Assembly (NCBI RefSeq): GCF_000315625.1
Contig: NW_005434642.1
Span: forward strand, 523,200 to 587,199
DNA length: 64,000 nt
Direction of reading: 5' to 3'
Origin: Guillardia theta CCMP2712
Taxonomy: Eukaryota > Protista > Cryptophyta
In this document: positions 36,778 through 48,800 of the stretch, piece after piece
Position numbering within the stretch: position 1 is the first letter of the stretch
Layout: every line of letters begins with the position of its first letter
Translations under genes and position numbers: made by a program
The notes under the pieces: generated by a model
What the model was told of the DNA's origin: nothing
Database searches by the model: none
Seen by the model: only the letters and a program-made list of their open reading frames with translations

Positions 36778-38473
36778 CAACCTGTTCCGACTGTCGTGCT
36801 TGAGGTTGACCCGAATTTCCCTCTCTGTCCTAAGGCTTCTCCCTCCCTCCCTCCCTCCCTCTTCATCTCCATCTCTCTTTCCCTTTCCCTCTCTCGCCCT
36901 CCCCCCGCCCCCCCCCCCCCAACCTCAACCTGCCTACCTCCCTGCCTCCCTGCCTGCCTCTCTCCTACTTCACGTCTGAGCTGTCTGCAGGTATGTCGCC
37001 ACAGCCTGGCACAGTCCCTATGCAACTCCGACGACAACCTTGTTGGGCTGCGAGCAAGCACTTCCATTGACGACAACGGCAACTTGTTCGTGGACGCACT
37101 AGGGCTGCAGGAGCAAGTGAACTACTGGATGACGGTGGAGCTCTTTCACCACGGCAAGGTGAGACAAAGGAGAGCAGTCTTCTTCTGACATCTTCTTCTG
37201 ACGTCTTTCTTCTGACGCTTCCCTAGGACAATTTAACGAGCAGTCAGCACTTGGTCAACAAGAGCTCGCCGATCGTCAAGGTTGCTAACATCCAAGAGAC
37301 AGGCGAGGCTTAGACGGCACATGTTCGATCTTAGCTTTGGCTTCAGGTGCTTACTCTCTGAGCGCCTTTCTCCACGACTCGTGCTCCCCCGCCCGCAACG
37401 AGTTCTTGTCCAAGTTCACGAGGCACTACGACATCACGAGGGTGGGTCCTTGTCCTCCAGCTCCTCAGACGCGATTCTTCCTCGAGCAGCGGCTGGTGTA
37501 CTGGAATAACAACGACAACAAACTGATAATCGACATGAGAGACATCTCGTCTCTGTTCGACTACTTCATATCAGTTGTGTTTCGCGATCATGCCAATCAA
37601 GTGGCTCTGTCACTTTCTCAGGAACAGACTTGGACTGAGGACCTCAGCTACATGCGGTTTGAAATTCAGTTCGAGCTCAAGCACGTGGGAGACTATCAGG
37701 TCGAGAGCTTCTTGACAGTCATCTGCAAGCACGACAGATCTGTCATCTATGAGGTGTCCAACACCACCGCCTGGCTCACTGTGCTTGAGATGCCTCCCGG
37801 TCAGCGACTGCCTCAAGTCTACCTCCTTTCGGTTCCCAAGAGCGGCAATACGTGGCTGCGATACATCTTGGAGAACATTACAGAGTCGCCATCAGTCGGA
37901 GACAGGCCGGTGCTCGCAGCGTCAGGGATCAAAGACCCTTACAAGTATCCAGCCTTCCTGGTGAAGAAGCACAGGATCGACCTCTCTCAGGTCGTTGCAG
38001 GAGAAAAAGTCATCCTCATCATCCGAAATCCCATCGAATCTGTTCTGAGGCACATTCGTCACTTCTCTTACAACGCCATGGGACTAAGCGAGGTGATTGA
38101 AAATATCATAATCAACTGGAAGGCTTACCAAGACTTTCCTGGGCCAAAGTTGTTAATCAAGTATGAAGAGCTGATAGAGAAAAGTTCTTCATCGTGTCAA
38201 AATCTTCTTGGCAGAATATTTGACTTCATCGATAACGGGGACTATTCGACCAGAATACAACAGTTCTGTGACGAGCTCGGAATTCACAAGGAGAAGTCCC
38301 GAAGACATTACACGAAGGTACTAGGCCTCATCATCCACAACATCAGCGACGGGCTTCATCATGAACGAGTGCTGCGGGAGAAAGATCCAGCGCTGCTTCA
38401 AGTGGCTTTAGAAGAGGTAGAGGAGCAACCGATCCTCAAGGAAATCTACACCTTACACTACCTTCAGAAATAA
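36778..38473 (+). CDS. Sulfotransferase-domain protein, copy 1 (5' end lies in gap)
   Basis: 5'-PSB loop LLSVPKSGNTWLRYILE, 3'-PB motif ILIIRNPIESV, and LLIKYEEL. Confidence 0.85.
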
Positions 38474-38924
38474 ACATGGCCATGTTGAAACCAAAGCTCA
38501 ACTAACTTGGCTGAGTGAGTGAGCGCTAGGATAACTTCCATCAACAACGCATGCGATACTCGCATATTTGTATTACGTTAGAGCACAAACTTTAATCAAA
38601 CTCTGCCAGCCTCCTTTAACGCGGTTCTGTGTAATCGAGGTTCCCTTTTGTCACATCTGTGCTAGTCCTTCATGTTTTATCTCGCATCGAAAGTATTCTG
38701 CCTTAGCTACGATTTCAGCACAGACTGCAATAGGCTTCTGCTATTCCACTTTCATCTCAACACCATCTTACTCTCAAAAATTCTATTAACTGTCAGATTC
38801 ACTTGGCAACAATTATGTTTGGTTCTTGCTATCAATTGGAGTATCGACACTCTTCTGCCACTCTTCTCTGCTATTGAGTTTCCCCCTTCTCCCTCGTTTC
38901 TTCTAAAATGCCTCCTCCCCTTTA

Positions 38925-39270
38925 CTTCTTCTGTTGGTCCCTCACCCTCCCCTTTACTTCTTCTGTTGGTCCCTCACCCTCCCCTTCACTTCTTCTTCTG
39001 TTGGTCCCTCACCCTCCCCTTCACTTCTTCTTCTGGTCCCTCACCCTCCCCTTTACTTCTTCTTCTGTTGGTCCCTCACCCTCCCCTTCACTTCTTCTGT
39101 TGGTCCCTCGCTCTCCCCTTCACTTCTTCTGTTGGTCCCTCACCCTCCCCTTCACTTCTTCTTCTGTTGGTCCCTCGCTCTCCCCTTCACTTCTTCTTCT
39201 GTTGGTCCCTCACCCTCCCCTTCACTTCTTCTTCTGTTGGTCCCTCGCTCTCCCCTTCACTTCTTCTTCT
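38925..39270. repeat. ~32-35 bp pyrimidine-rich minisatellite (CTTCTGTTGGTCCCTCACCCTCCCCTTCACTT), ~10 units
   Basis: Directly visible tandem units. It produces the spurious repetitive ORFs in the track. Confidence 0.95.
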
Positions 39271-39475
39271 ACGCATAAGAGCTAGTCTTCTGACTCTTCT
39301 CTTTCCCAACTTTCTGTGTACACCCTTCTTCGTGCTTTGCGCCTCCCCTCTGTTTGTCATGGAATATGCGTTGGANNNNNNNNNNNNNNNNNNNNNNNNN
39401 NNNNNNNNNNNNNNNNNNNNNNNNNNNNNNNNNNNNNNNNNNNNNNNNNNNNNNNNNNNNNNNNNNNNNNNNNNN

Positions 39476-41028
39476 AACCTCAACCTGCCTACCTCCCTGC
39501 CTCCCTGCCTGCCTCTCTCCTACTTCACGTCTGAGCTGTCTGCAGGTATGTCGCCACAGCCTGGCACAGTNNNNNNNNNNNNNNNNNNNNNNNNNNNNNN
39601 NNNNNNNNNNNNNNNNNNNNNNNNNNNNNNNNNNNNNNNNNNNNNNNNNNNNNNNNNNNNNNNNNNNNNNNNNNNNNNNNNNNNNNNNNNNNNNNNNNNN
39701 NNNNNNNNNNNNNNNNNNNNNNNNNNNNNNNNNNNNNNNNNNNNNNNNNNNNNTGACGTCTTTCTTCTGACGCTTCCCTAGGACAATTTAACGAGCAGTC
39801 AGCACTTGGTCAACAAGAGCTCGCCGATCGTCAAGGTTGCTAACATCCAAGAGACAGGCGAGGCTTAGACGGCACATGTTCGATCTTAGCTTTGGCTTCA
39901 GGTGCTTACTCTCTGAGCGCCTTTCTCCACGACTCGTGCTCCCCCGCCCGCAACGAGTTCTTGTCCAAGTTCACGAGGCACTACGACATCACGAGGGTGG
40001 GTCCTTGTCCTCCAGCTCCTCAGACGCGATTCTTCCTCGAGCAGCGGCTGGTGTACTGGANNNNNNNNNNNNNNNNNNNNNNNNNNNNNNNNNNNNNNNN
40101 NNNNNNNNNNNNNNNNNNNNNNNNNNNNNNNNNNNNNNNNNNNNNNNNNNNNNNNNNNNNNNNNNNACTTTCTCAGGAACAGACTTGGACTGAGGACCTC
40201 AGCTACATGCGGTTTGAAATTCAGTTCGAGCTCAAGCACGTGGGAGACTATCAGGTCGAGAGCTTCTTGACAGTCATCTGCAAGCACGACAGATCTGTCA
40301 TCTATGAGGTGTCCAACACCACCGCCTGGCTCACTGTGCTTGAGATGCCTCCCGGTCAGCGACTGCCTCAAGTCTACCTCCTTTCGGTTCCCAAGAGCGG
40401 CAATACGTGGCTGCGATACATCTTGGAGAACATTACAGAGTCGCCATCAGTCGGAGACAGGCCGGTGCTCGCAGCGTCAGGGATCAAAGACCCTTACAAG
40501 TATCCAGCCTTCCTGGTGAAGAAGCACAGGATCGACCTCTCTCAGGTCGTTGCAGGAGAAAAAGTCATCCTCATCATCCGAAATCCCATCGAATCTGTTC
40601 TGAGGCACATTCGTCACTTCTCTTACAACGCCATGGGACTAAGCGAGGTGATTGAAAATATCATAATCAACTGGAAGGCTTACCAAGACTTTCCTGGGCC
40701 AAAGTTGTTAATCAAGTATGAAGAGCTGATAGAGAAAAGTTCTTCATCGTGTCAAAATCTTCTTGGCAGAATATTTGACTTCATCGATAACGGGGACTAT
40801 TCGACCAGAATACAACAGTTCTGTGACGAGCTCGGAATTCACAAGGAGAAGTCCCGAAGACATTACACGAAGGTACTAGGCCTCATCATCCACAACATCA
40901 GCGACGGGCTTCATCATGAACGAGTGCTGCGGGAGAAAGATCCAGCGCTGCTTCAAGTGGCTTTAGAAGAGGTAGAGGAGCAACCGATCCTCAAGGAAAT
41001 CTACACCTTACACTACCTTCAGAAATAA
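39476..41028 (+). CDS. Sulfotransferase-domain protein, copy 2 (identical where sequenced; gapped)
   Basis: Same sequence as copy 1 at offset 2555; two internal N-gaps. Confidence 0.7.
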
Positions 41029-41479
41029 ACATGGCCATGTTGAAACCAAAGCTCAACTAACTTGGCTGAGTGAGTGAGCGCTAGGATAACTTCCATCAAC
41101 AACGCATGCGATACTCGCATATTTGTATTACGTTAGAGCACAAACTTTAATCAAACTCTGCCAGCCTCCTTTAACGCGGTTCTGTGTAATCGAGGTTCCC
41201 TTTTGTCACATCTGTGCTAGTCCTTCATGTTTTATCTCGCATCGAAAGTATTCTGCCTTAGCTACGATTTCAGCACAGACTGCAATAGGCTTCTGCTATT
41301 CCACTTTCATCTCAACACCATCTTACTCTCAAAAATTCTATTAACTGTCAGATTCACTTGGCAACAATTATGTTTGGTTCTTGCTATCAATTGGAGTATC
41401 GACACTCTTCTGCCACTCTTCTCTGCTATTGAGTTTCCCCCTTCTCCCTCGTTTCTTCTAAAATGCCTCCTCCCCTTTA

Positions 41480-41793
41480 CTTCTTCTGTTGGTCCCTCAC
41501 CCTCCCCTTTACTTCTTCTGTTGGTCCCTCACCCTCCCCTTCACTTCTTCTTCTGTTGGTCCCTCACCCTCCCCTTCACTTCTTCTTCTGGTCCCTCACC
41601 CTCCCCTTTACTTCTTCTTCTGTTGGTCCCTCACCCTCCCCTTCACTTCTTCTGTTGGTCCCTCACCCTCCCCTTCACTTCTTCTTCTGTTGGTCCCTCG
41701 CTCTCCCCTTCACTTCTTCTTCTGTTGGTCCCTCACCCTCCCCTTCACTTCTTCTTCTGTTGGTCCCTCGCTCTCCCCTTCACTTCTTCTTCT
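41480..41793. repeat. Second copy of the pyrimidine minisatellite, one unit (32 bp) shorter
   Basis: Same unit. Downstream flank is offset 2523 rather than 2555. Confidence 0.9.
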
Positions 41794-42502
41794 ACGCATA
41801 AGAGCTAGTCTTCTGACTCTTCTCTTTCCCAACTTTCTGTGTACACCCTTCTTCGTGCTTTGCGCCTCCCCTCTGTTTGTCATGGAATATGCGTTGGAAG
41901 ATAAGATGATCCGATGCTCAAGAAGTCCTGAAACACAATGTTTCGATCCAACGTATGGATAGCTGACTTTTACTACACATTCAAACCGAAGCTAGTCATG
42001 CATGGGAATACATACCCCCATTTCTCGAGGTCCACAAGGGGGTAATGCTACGATCAAACGGCTGTGTTCTTATCCATCTGTCTCTTCATCTGAAACGCCG
42101 CAATGATCGAACTAAACGAAGCTAATAATGGAGTCCTGATGACCAAAGTACCCCTCCTTTACAGATGCAGTAACGGGGTGTGAACATGAAAACGATCGTT
42201 TTGGATTTCAACCTCAAAGGTCCGATATAAGCCCTCACCCGCCATTTGTGCACCAGTTCCTTGCCGATCCTGCATCTCCTCCCTCGGGCCCTCGTCTGAC
42301 GACCAATCTGCTCCTCCCTCCCTCCCTCCCTCCGTCTTCCTCTGCCTGCTCCTCCTCTTCTAACAGGACAACCTTGCTACCTTTGTTCGACCAGATCTCG
42401 TTTGTTTGCCTGGACTGTAAGCTTTGATTCGCTGCTTGCGTTAGAGCTGTGTCATCACGCACAGAAGAGATCAAGCTGTCAGAGGCCAGGCTCTTCAGCA
42501 GA

Positions 42503-43539
42503 ATGCCTCCCACACCTATCACGATCGATCAGCTTAGTAACTACTTTCACTTGCCGGAAAGCAAGTCGCCGCAGAGCTGGGGATGTGCCTGACATCCTTG
42601 AAGAAGATCTGCCGAGCTCAAGGGATCCTTCGTTGGCCATTTAGGAAGCTGAAGAGCTTAGAAAGAACCTTGAAGAAAGTTGATGAGGACAAGAACACCA
42701 TCTCTTCAATGACTACCGGATGTTCACAGCCAGAAGGGTTTGAAGTAGCGAGTCAGAATGCAATCTCCCAAGTTCGCGCAAGATTTTCAGCTTCTCGGAC
42801 CGCGTCCTCTGAAAGCGTGACATCAAGCTCCTCGCCGCTGGATGAGAATGAGGAGCATAATGCGGTAGAGGACGCGGCAGACTCGCATGAGGTATGGCCA
42901 GTATGCAAGATTAGCGAAGAATCTCCATCGCAGATCACGATCAGGCATTGGAGCACCTTGTGGACTGTTCACCATCTTCGCAAGCATCTCTTCTCAAAGC
43001 TCGGCGGTCACTCGTTTCGCGTGTCTCCTGACGGAGTCTGTGCGTACCTGACGTTCGAGACCGCGAGCAAGGCGCTTGAAGCTCAGCTCATCTGCGCCAA
43101 CGCCTGCTCTATTCTGAAGCGAAGCGTGAGGAATACAGACGCGGGAGGAGAGGAGAGGAGCTTGAGGGACGACGCCGTGATCATGTGTAGATGTTTCGAA
43201 GAGAGCAACCATCGTCAGTCAGAGCAGACGACGAGACAGGCAGTGTCACATGTTGTCAGTCACTTTGAGTTCGAGCCAAACGCTGCCATCATCTCACCTT
43301 CGAATCAAGCCTTCTCTTCTTTCCTACCCGAACACAAGGTTGTGGACGATGATTTCTCTTCAAGGAATTTCTACCGGTTGAGTCCACCTCCAACATTTGG
43401 ACATCTTCTCACGGGATTTGAAGAATCGGAATCTTGTCCGAATTCTTTTCACAACCCAGAAAATCCTCGCGGCGAATGGGTCACCGCCAGTCACAATGAT
43501 GTCAAGCATGCAAGAAATCATCCTCTTCATTTCATCTGA
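42503..43539 (+). CDS. RWP-RK domain transcription factor with an apparent 1-nt frameshift at ~42558-42562
   Basis: MPPTPITIDQLSNYFHLPE in one frame, then QVAAELGMCLTSLKKICRAQGILRWPFRKLKSL in the next. Together these form a canonical RWP-RK domain. Confidence 0.9.
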
Positions 43540-43690
43540 GCCCTCCTCTCTTCTGTTGTTCCTGTTCTTTTTTCCCTGTACATGAGAATGTTCGTTGTAA
43601 AAAGGCACATTTGCAAGATTTTCCTTTATTGTGAGTTGTTAATAAATGCTGAGAAACCTGATGAGAAAGCCAAGAAGCAATAGAAGAATC

Positions 43691-44592
43691 TCAAGCCTAC
43701 GCTCCTCGAGCATCTCTACCCCATGATTCAAGCCTACGCTCCTCGAGCATCTCTACCCCATGATTCAAGCCTACGCTCCTCGAGCATCTCTACCCCATGA
43801 TTCAAGCCTACGCTCCTCGAGCATCTCTACCCCATGATTCAAGCCTACGCTCCTCGAGCATCTCTACCCCATGATTCAAGCCTACGCTCCTCGAGCATCT
43901 ATACCCCATGATTCAAGCCTACGCTCCTCGTGCATCTCTACCCCATGATTCAAGCCTACGCTCCTCGCGCATCTCTACCCCATGATTCAAGCCTACGCTC
44001 CTCGCGCATCTCTACCCCATGATTCAAGCCTACGCTCCTCGAGCATCTCTACCCCATGATTCAAGCCTACGCTCCTCGAGCATCTCTACCCCATGATTCA
44101 AGCCTACGCTCCTCGAGCATCTCTACCCCATGATTCAAGCCTACGCTCCTCGAGCATCTCTACCCCATGATTCAAGCCTACGCTCCTCGAGCATCTCTAC
44201 CCCATGATTCAAGCCTACGCTCCTCGAGCATCTCTACCCCATGATTCAAGCCTACGCTCCTCGTGCATCTCTACCCCATGATTCAAGCCTACGCTCCTCG
44301 AGCATCATCTATCTCCATGATTCAAGCCTACGCTCCTCGAGCATCTCTACCCCATGATTCAAGCCTACGCTCCTCGAGCATCTCTACCCCATGATTCAAG
44401 CCTACGCTCCTCGAGCATCTCTACCCCATGATTCAAGCCTACGCTCCTCGAGCATCTCTACCCCATGATTCAAGCCTACGCTCCTCGAGCATCTCTACCC
44501 CATGATTCAAGCCTACGCTCCTCGAGCATCTCTACCCCATGATTCAAGCCTACGCTCCTCGAGCATCTCTACCCCATGATTCAAGCCTACGC
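43691..44592. repeat. 37-bp minisatellite TCAAGCCTACGCTCCTCGAGCATCTCTACCCCATGAT, ~24 copies
   Basis: Near-perfect head-to-tail copies with no spacers; rare variants CTCGTG and CTCGCG. Confidence 0.98.
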
Positions 44593-44944
44593 CGGCTCCT
44601 CGTCCATACCTCGTCATTGTTCTGCACCTCAAATTTGAAATGTTAATCTGTATGATTCAAATGTACCCAGCAATTCTGAAATCAACCCCTCACGAAGTAA
44701 TGGTGCGACGATCCTCTCCCTCGCTCCATCCTCTTCTCTCCTCCCTCCTCCTTCTCCCCCCGCTCCCCCTTTCCCCTCCTCCCCCACTCCTCTCACCTCC
44801 TCCTCCCCCCTTCTCCATCGACCTCTCTCCACCCTCGTCTCGTACAGGCTAATATGCCTAACCCCCTTCCCCTTCTCCCCCTCACCCTCCTCACCCTCCA
44901 GCCTTGTGACGTGGCTGTACAGACGGGCGTGTGAGCAACTCGTG

Positions 44945-45783
44945 ATGGGATCTGACGCCACGATCGAGGGGATGCAGGTATTGAACGGGGACGTTGAGGG
45001 AAGGGAATGAGCGAGTGGCAGGTGGGGAAGGGTGGATCAGTTGAGGTAGAGGCAGAGGGAGAGTGGTGGGACGCGGAAGTCATCAAGATCAAGAATGGTC
45101 AGATCAAGATCCATTACGTCGGAGGCTTGTCACAGGACGATGAGTGGATTCCTATTGCCAGGTAGCGCCTCCTCCTCCCTTGACCTCAGCGCTCATGCTC
45201 GTCCCACTTCTCAGCTCCCGCGTTCGGCTTCCCAGGTCCACAGAGGCAGCAAAGGAAGGATTGCCCAAGAAACGCGGAAGGTCTTCGCAGCAAGAATCTG
45301 CTGAACCAGTACCGGTGCCGCACAAGCTCCCGTTCAAACTCCACACCATGAAGGTTGTGCCTGTGAAGCTCGCTCCTTGGGTTCTGAGATGCCCTAGACG
45401 CATGACAAGGCCAAGAAGAAGCAGTCGAGAGGCTTGAAGAAGATCATTGAATCAGAAGGCTTCGACAAGATGTCATTGGAAGTGGCCACGTGAGTTTCGA
45501 AGCCGTGGGCTGCACTGAGGCGGTTGACGGCGTTGCAGGTATTCGAGCATTGAAGCTCCTCCGTCCATCTTGCCCAGCAAGAAATATTGTGACCTGACCG
45601 GGCTGGGGGCGAGGTACACAGACCCGCAGACCAAGTTGAGATACTTCTCGTCGCATGAGGTTTCATCTTGTTTTGCTCTGGTTCCCTCTCATGCCCCTTC
45701 AGTACCTGCAAATCCGATACTTCAGCGAGCACAGCGTTCAAGAGTTCTTGAGATTCCGAAACGCGCTTGTGACGTTGAAGTAG
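44945..45783 (+). CDS. INO80C: INO80 complex subunit C (Ies6, YL1-C domain) with N-terminal chromo-barrel/Agenet-like domain
   Basis: TYSSIEAPPSILPSKKYCDLTGLGARYTDPQTKLRY...VQEFLRFRNA is the Ies6 signature. Upstream in-frame exon reads VEVEAEGEWWDAEVIKIKNGQIKIHYVGGLSQDDEWIP. TAG at 45781-45783. Confidence 0.9.
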
Positions 45784-45823
45784 TCGGGAATAAACGTCAG
45801 CCTCCCTCGGAGACCCTCCAGCC

Positions 45824-48800
45824 ATGTCTGCCTTGCTGGAGTGTGCTAGTCAGAGACAGCATTCGTCTCTTGCTGTGCTTGTGATCCTGTGCCTTCTGTT
45901 TGCTCCCTGTGCTTGTGAAAGCTCTTGTCCTTCAGTCGAGAGCCTGCTCGCCAAGAATAGAAGACTTGAGGAGCGAATTGCTGAGCTCGAGCTCGAGCTC
46001 GTCGAAGCAAAAGCAATCGTTTTGAAGCATGAATCCAAGAGAGAAGAAGAATGTCAGCAGCGCGAAAGCCTTAAAAGACTTGATGTGGAGGATGAGGTGC
46101 GAGGCCAAGTGTCGTCCCTGAACGCAAAGCTCCAAGAATGCAAGTTGCTCAACGCAAAGTTGACAGAAGAGCTGGGGGTGATCAAAGTAGACCCTCTCCT
46201 GTCGGAGGAAACGAAGTTCCGTAGAGTTCGCTACCTCAAGGTGGTGGGTGCTCAAGCTCCCGACGACAATGCGGCACAATTCCTGTTGCACCTCTCGCTT
46301 GTCAAGCTGCAGGCAGGAGATTTCGATGGAGCCCTGGCGAGCCTGCGCGAGCATCTGAGACTGTTCTGGGGGCAGGAGGAGGCCGTGGGGTTCTTAGTGA
46401 ACAGAAGCGTCGAGGTGGTGGGGGCAGCAGACGTCAGTCAGCTCATGATGAGGCTGATGAAGGAGGAGGCGGCGAAGGATCTGATCCATCAGACGGCTCA
46501 AGCTCTCGCTGCGGTGACACATGACGACAGCAGGCGGGCAGGCGCCGCCTTGTTTCAGCTCTATTTGACCGTGAGCCCTCGATCGGCCTCGGCATGGCAC
46601 GGCCTTGCTGTTCTGGAGCATGCTCTTGGTCAGACGGCTGAGGCGCTGGAATGCTGCCGGGTAGCGAGACTTGTAGCACCGCACAACACCAGCATCAAGT
46701 CTGCGTGCCGCGCTATGGAGGACGAAGCGCTTGCAACAAGGACAGAGTTCCGAGGTGAAACCAAAGTCTTCCTGCTCGACTGTGAGGATGCAAATGCCTA
46801 CGAGCAGGACGCCATGCAGCTGTTCTTTGCTGCCTTGTCGGCTCAACCGTCGGGCCTCAGAGTGCACCGACAGGTGAGGCGAGGCAAGTCACGCAAGAGG
46901 AACGCGAGCGAGGGTTCGGGTCGTTTCATCTCTTTGAGCGTGAGCAACTTGAGTGCAGGGGATGTGGTGGTGTTTCTTTCCAGCTCTCCTCCTTCGCCCC
47001 ATTGGATGTTGCGAGCAAGGCGTCGTCATGTCTCTCTTGTCGCCTGGTCGGTGTCGCATTCAGCTCTCAACCCGCGCGTGCTCTTCTCCTCCTCAGCTTT
47101 CCACTGGTCGGCAGCAGCGATCAGTCTCATCTTCGAGCCTACTCTCGCTCCTCTCATGCACGAGGCTGCAGCAAGCCTAGCAACTCCAGCTGCTTCCTCG
47201 TGTTCGCTCCCGGCGTGCGCTGGAGGATGCGATTGCTGGCGGCTTGAGCCGCCTCCTCGCTCCGTCTACCGCAATGAGAGCAAGAGACCTCCCGCCACCG
47301 GCTGTCTCAGAGCTCTGTGTGTCGGAAGCGAGAGAAAATGCTCGCGCGTTCTTCACCGGGTCCTCGGGCTGCTGCTGCCGCACGGGCTCGTCCCTACTGT
47401 GCTCGCGAGGGTGGTGGAGGTACTGGAGGGTTCGCCTGCAGGTGAAGCAGGCCTTCGGCCAGAGGACCTCGTCCTTGCCTTCGGGAGGGTGAGCGGAGGG
47501 GCAGGGGACGAGCAAAAGCTGTTGGCGGAGGAGGTGGAATCGAAGCGAGGCAGTGCCATCCCCGTCACTCTCTTGCGACCCTCCTGCGACTTTTGCCTCC
47601 TCTCGCTGCGTGTGACTCCCCGTGCGTGGGAAGGGAGTGGCCTGCTGGGCTGTCGCCTGTCGTTTGCTGATGTAATTTCTCCGTCCTCTTCCTCCCCCTC
47701 CTCTTCCTCCCCCTCTTCTTCCTCCCCCTCCTCCTTTTCCTCCTCCCCCTCCTCTCCTCCTACTGCCTCCTCGCAACATGCAGAGGTCTTGTACTTGCCC
47801 ACTTTGATGAGAGGAGATACTGAGCTGGAGATGCCGAAGGCTCAGGTTGTGGTGGTGCAGGAGGAGGAAGGGAGTGTGATAGAGGCGGAGGAGCTGAGAA
47901 ACTTGGCCTACGTCTTGTCGCAGAGAAACGTGACGGTGATGATACAAGAGTCGATGGCTCCTCTACTTCCCCTGCGGTATCCAGAAGTTCTACTTGTTCC
48001 TCCTGCTGTCTCCAACGTCAGCTCGATGATCGTCACCCGCCTGCTTCAGCATGGTCCAGATGAGAAACACCGGAGAGAGGTGGAGGAGCAGCTGGAGGGG
48101 ATGGGAGCATCCTTTGAAAGGTCAAGACCGTTTGAAACTCTCGCATGCTCACTAGCTGCTCAGGTCAGCTGTTCGTCTGGTCTCTAGTGCAAGACTTCTC
48201 TTCCTCACCGTCGCTCTCACGCCAGAGGAGGAGGAGGCGTCGCTTACTTTCATCATCTCAGCTAAGATGTGCTATCCTCTTGCTACAGTCGAGGTCGCCG
48301 TCCTCGACTCGCTTCGCTTCTGGCACTCGCATGGTGCAGCTGTAGAGGGGCTGCAGGCTAAGGGCTTATGGAACGAGGTCTGGATCTCCCAGATATCGCA
48401 CGACAAGTTAGAGGAAGGAGGAGAGGGAGACGGCGAGGCCTTTCGTCACTGGCTCGCTCTTACTTGGAGGTGAGTCTCTCCCTCCCTGGTGTCCCTCATT
48501 GTCTCTCGCAGACCTCGCGCGCTTCTCACCGGTAGAAGTTTCCAGTCAGCCTGTTTGCTCCCCGCCCACCACATTTTCCTTCCTCCCTCGGACCTCGCAG
48601 TTGCGCTGCTGCTCAACAACACGTGGAGGAGAAGGACCTACGTGTCGCGGGTGCGAGGAGGAGAGCGTCTGCTTCCCCTCTGCTGTCACCCGCACAAGTT
48701 CTTTCAGCAGGTGCTTGAAGCAAGCGTCAACGCGCCTGCCGCCTCTGAGCCTCCGGGTCTCTTCCTCTTCCACTCCCTGATGAAACTGGGAGGCGTTCCC

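Noticed and set aside
38672-39781. Long repetitive hydrophobic ORFs (also 41227-41962)
   Set aside because: They are translations of a stop-free pyrimidine minisatellite and N-gaps.
43691-44592. CRISPR array (37-bp repeats)
   Set aside because: Units are contiguous with no unique spacers, no cas genes are present, and the context is eukaryotic.
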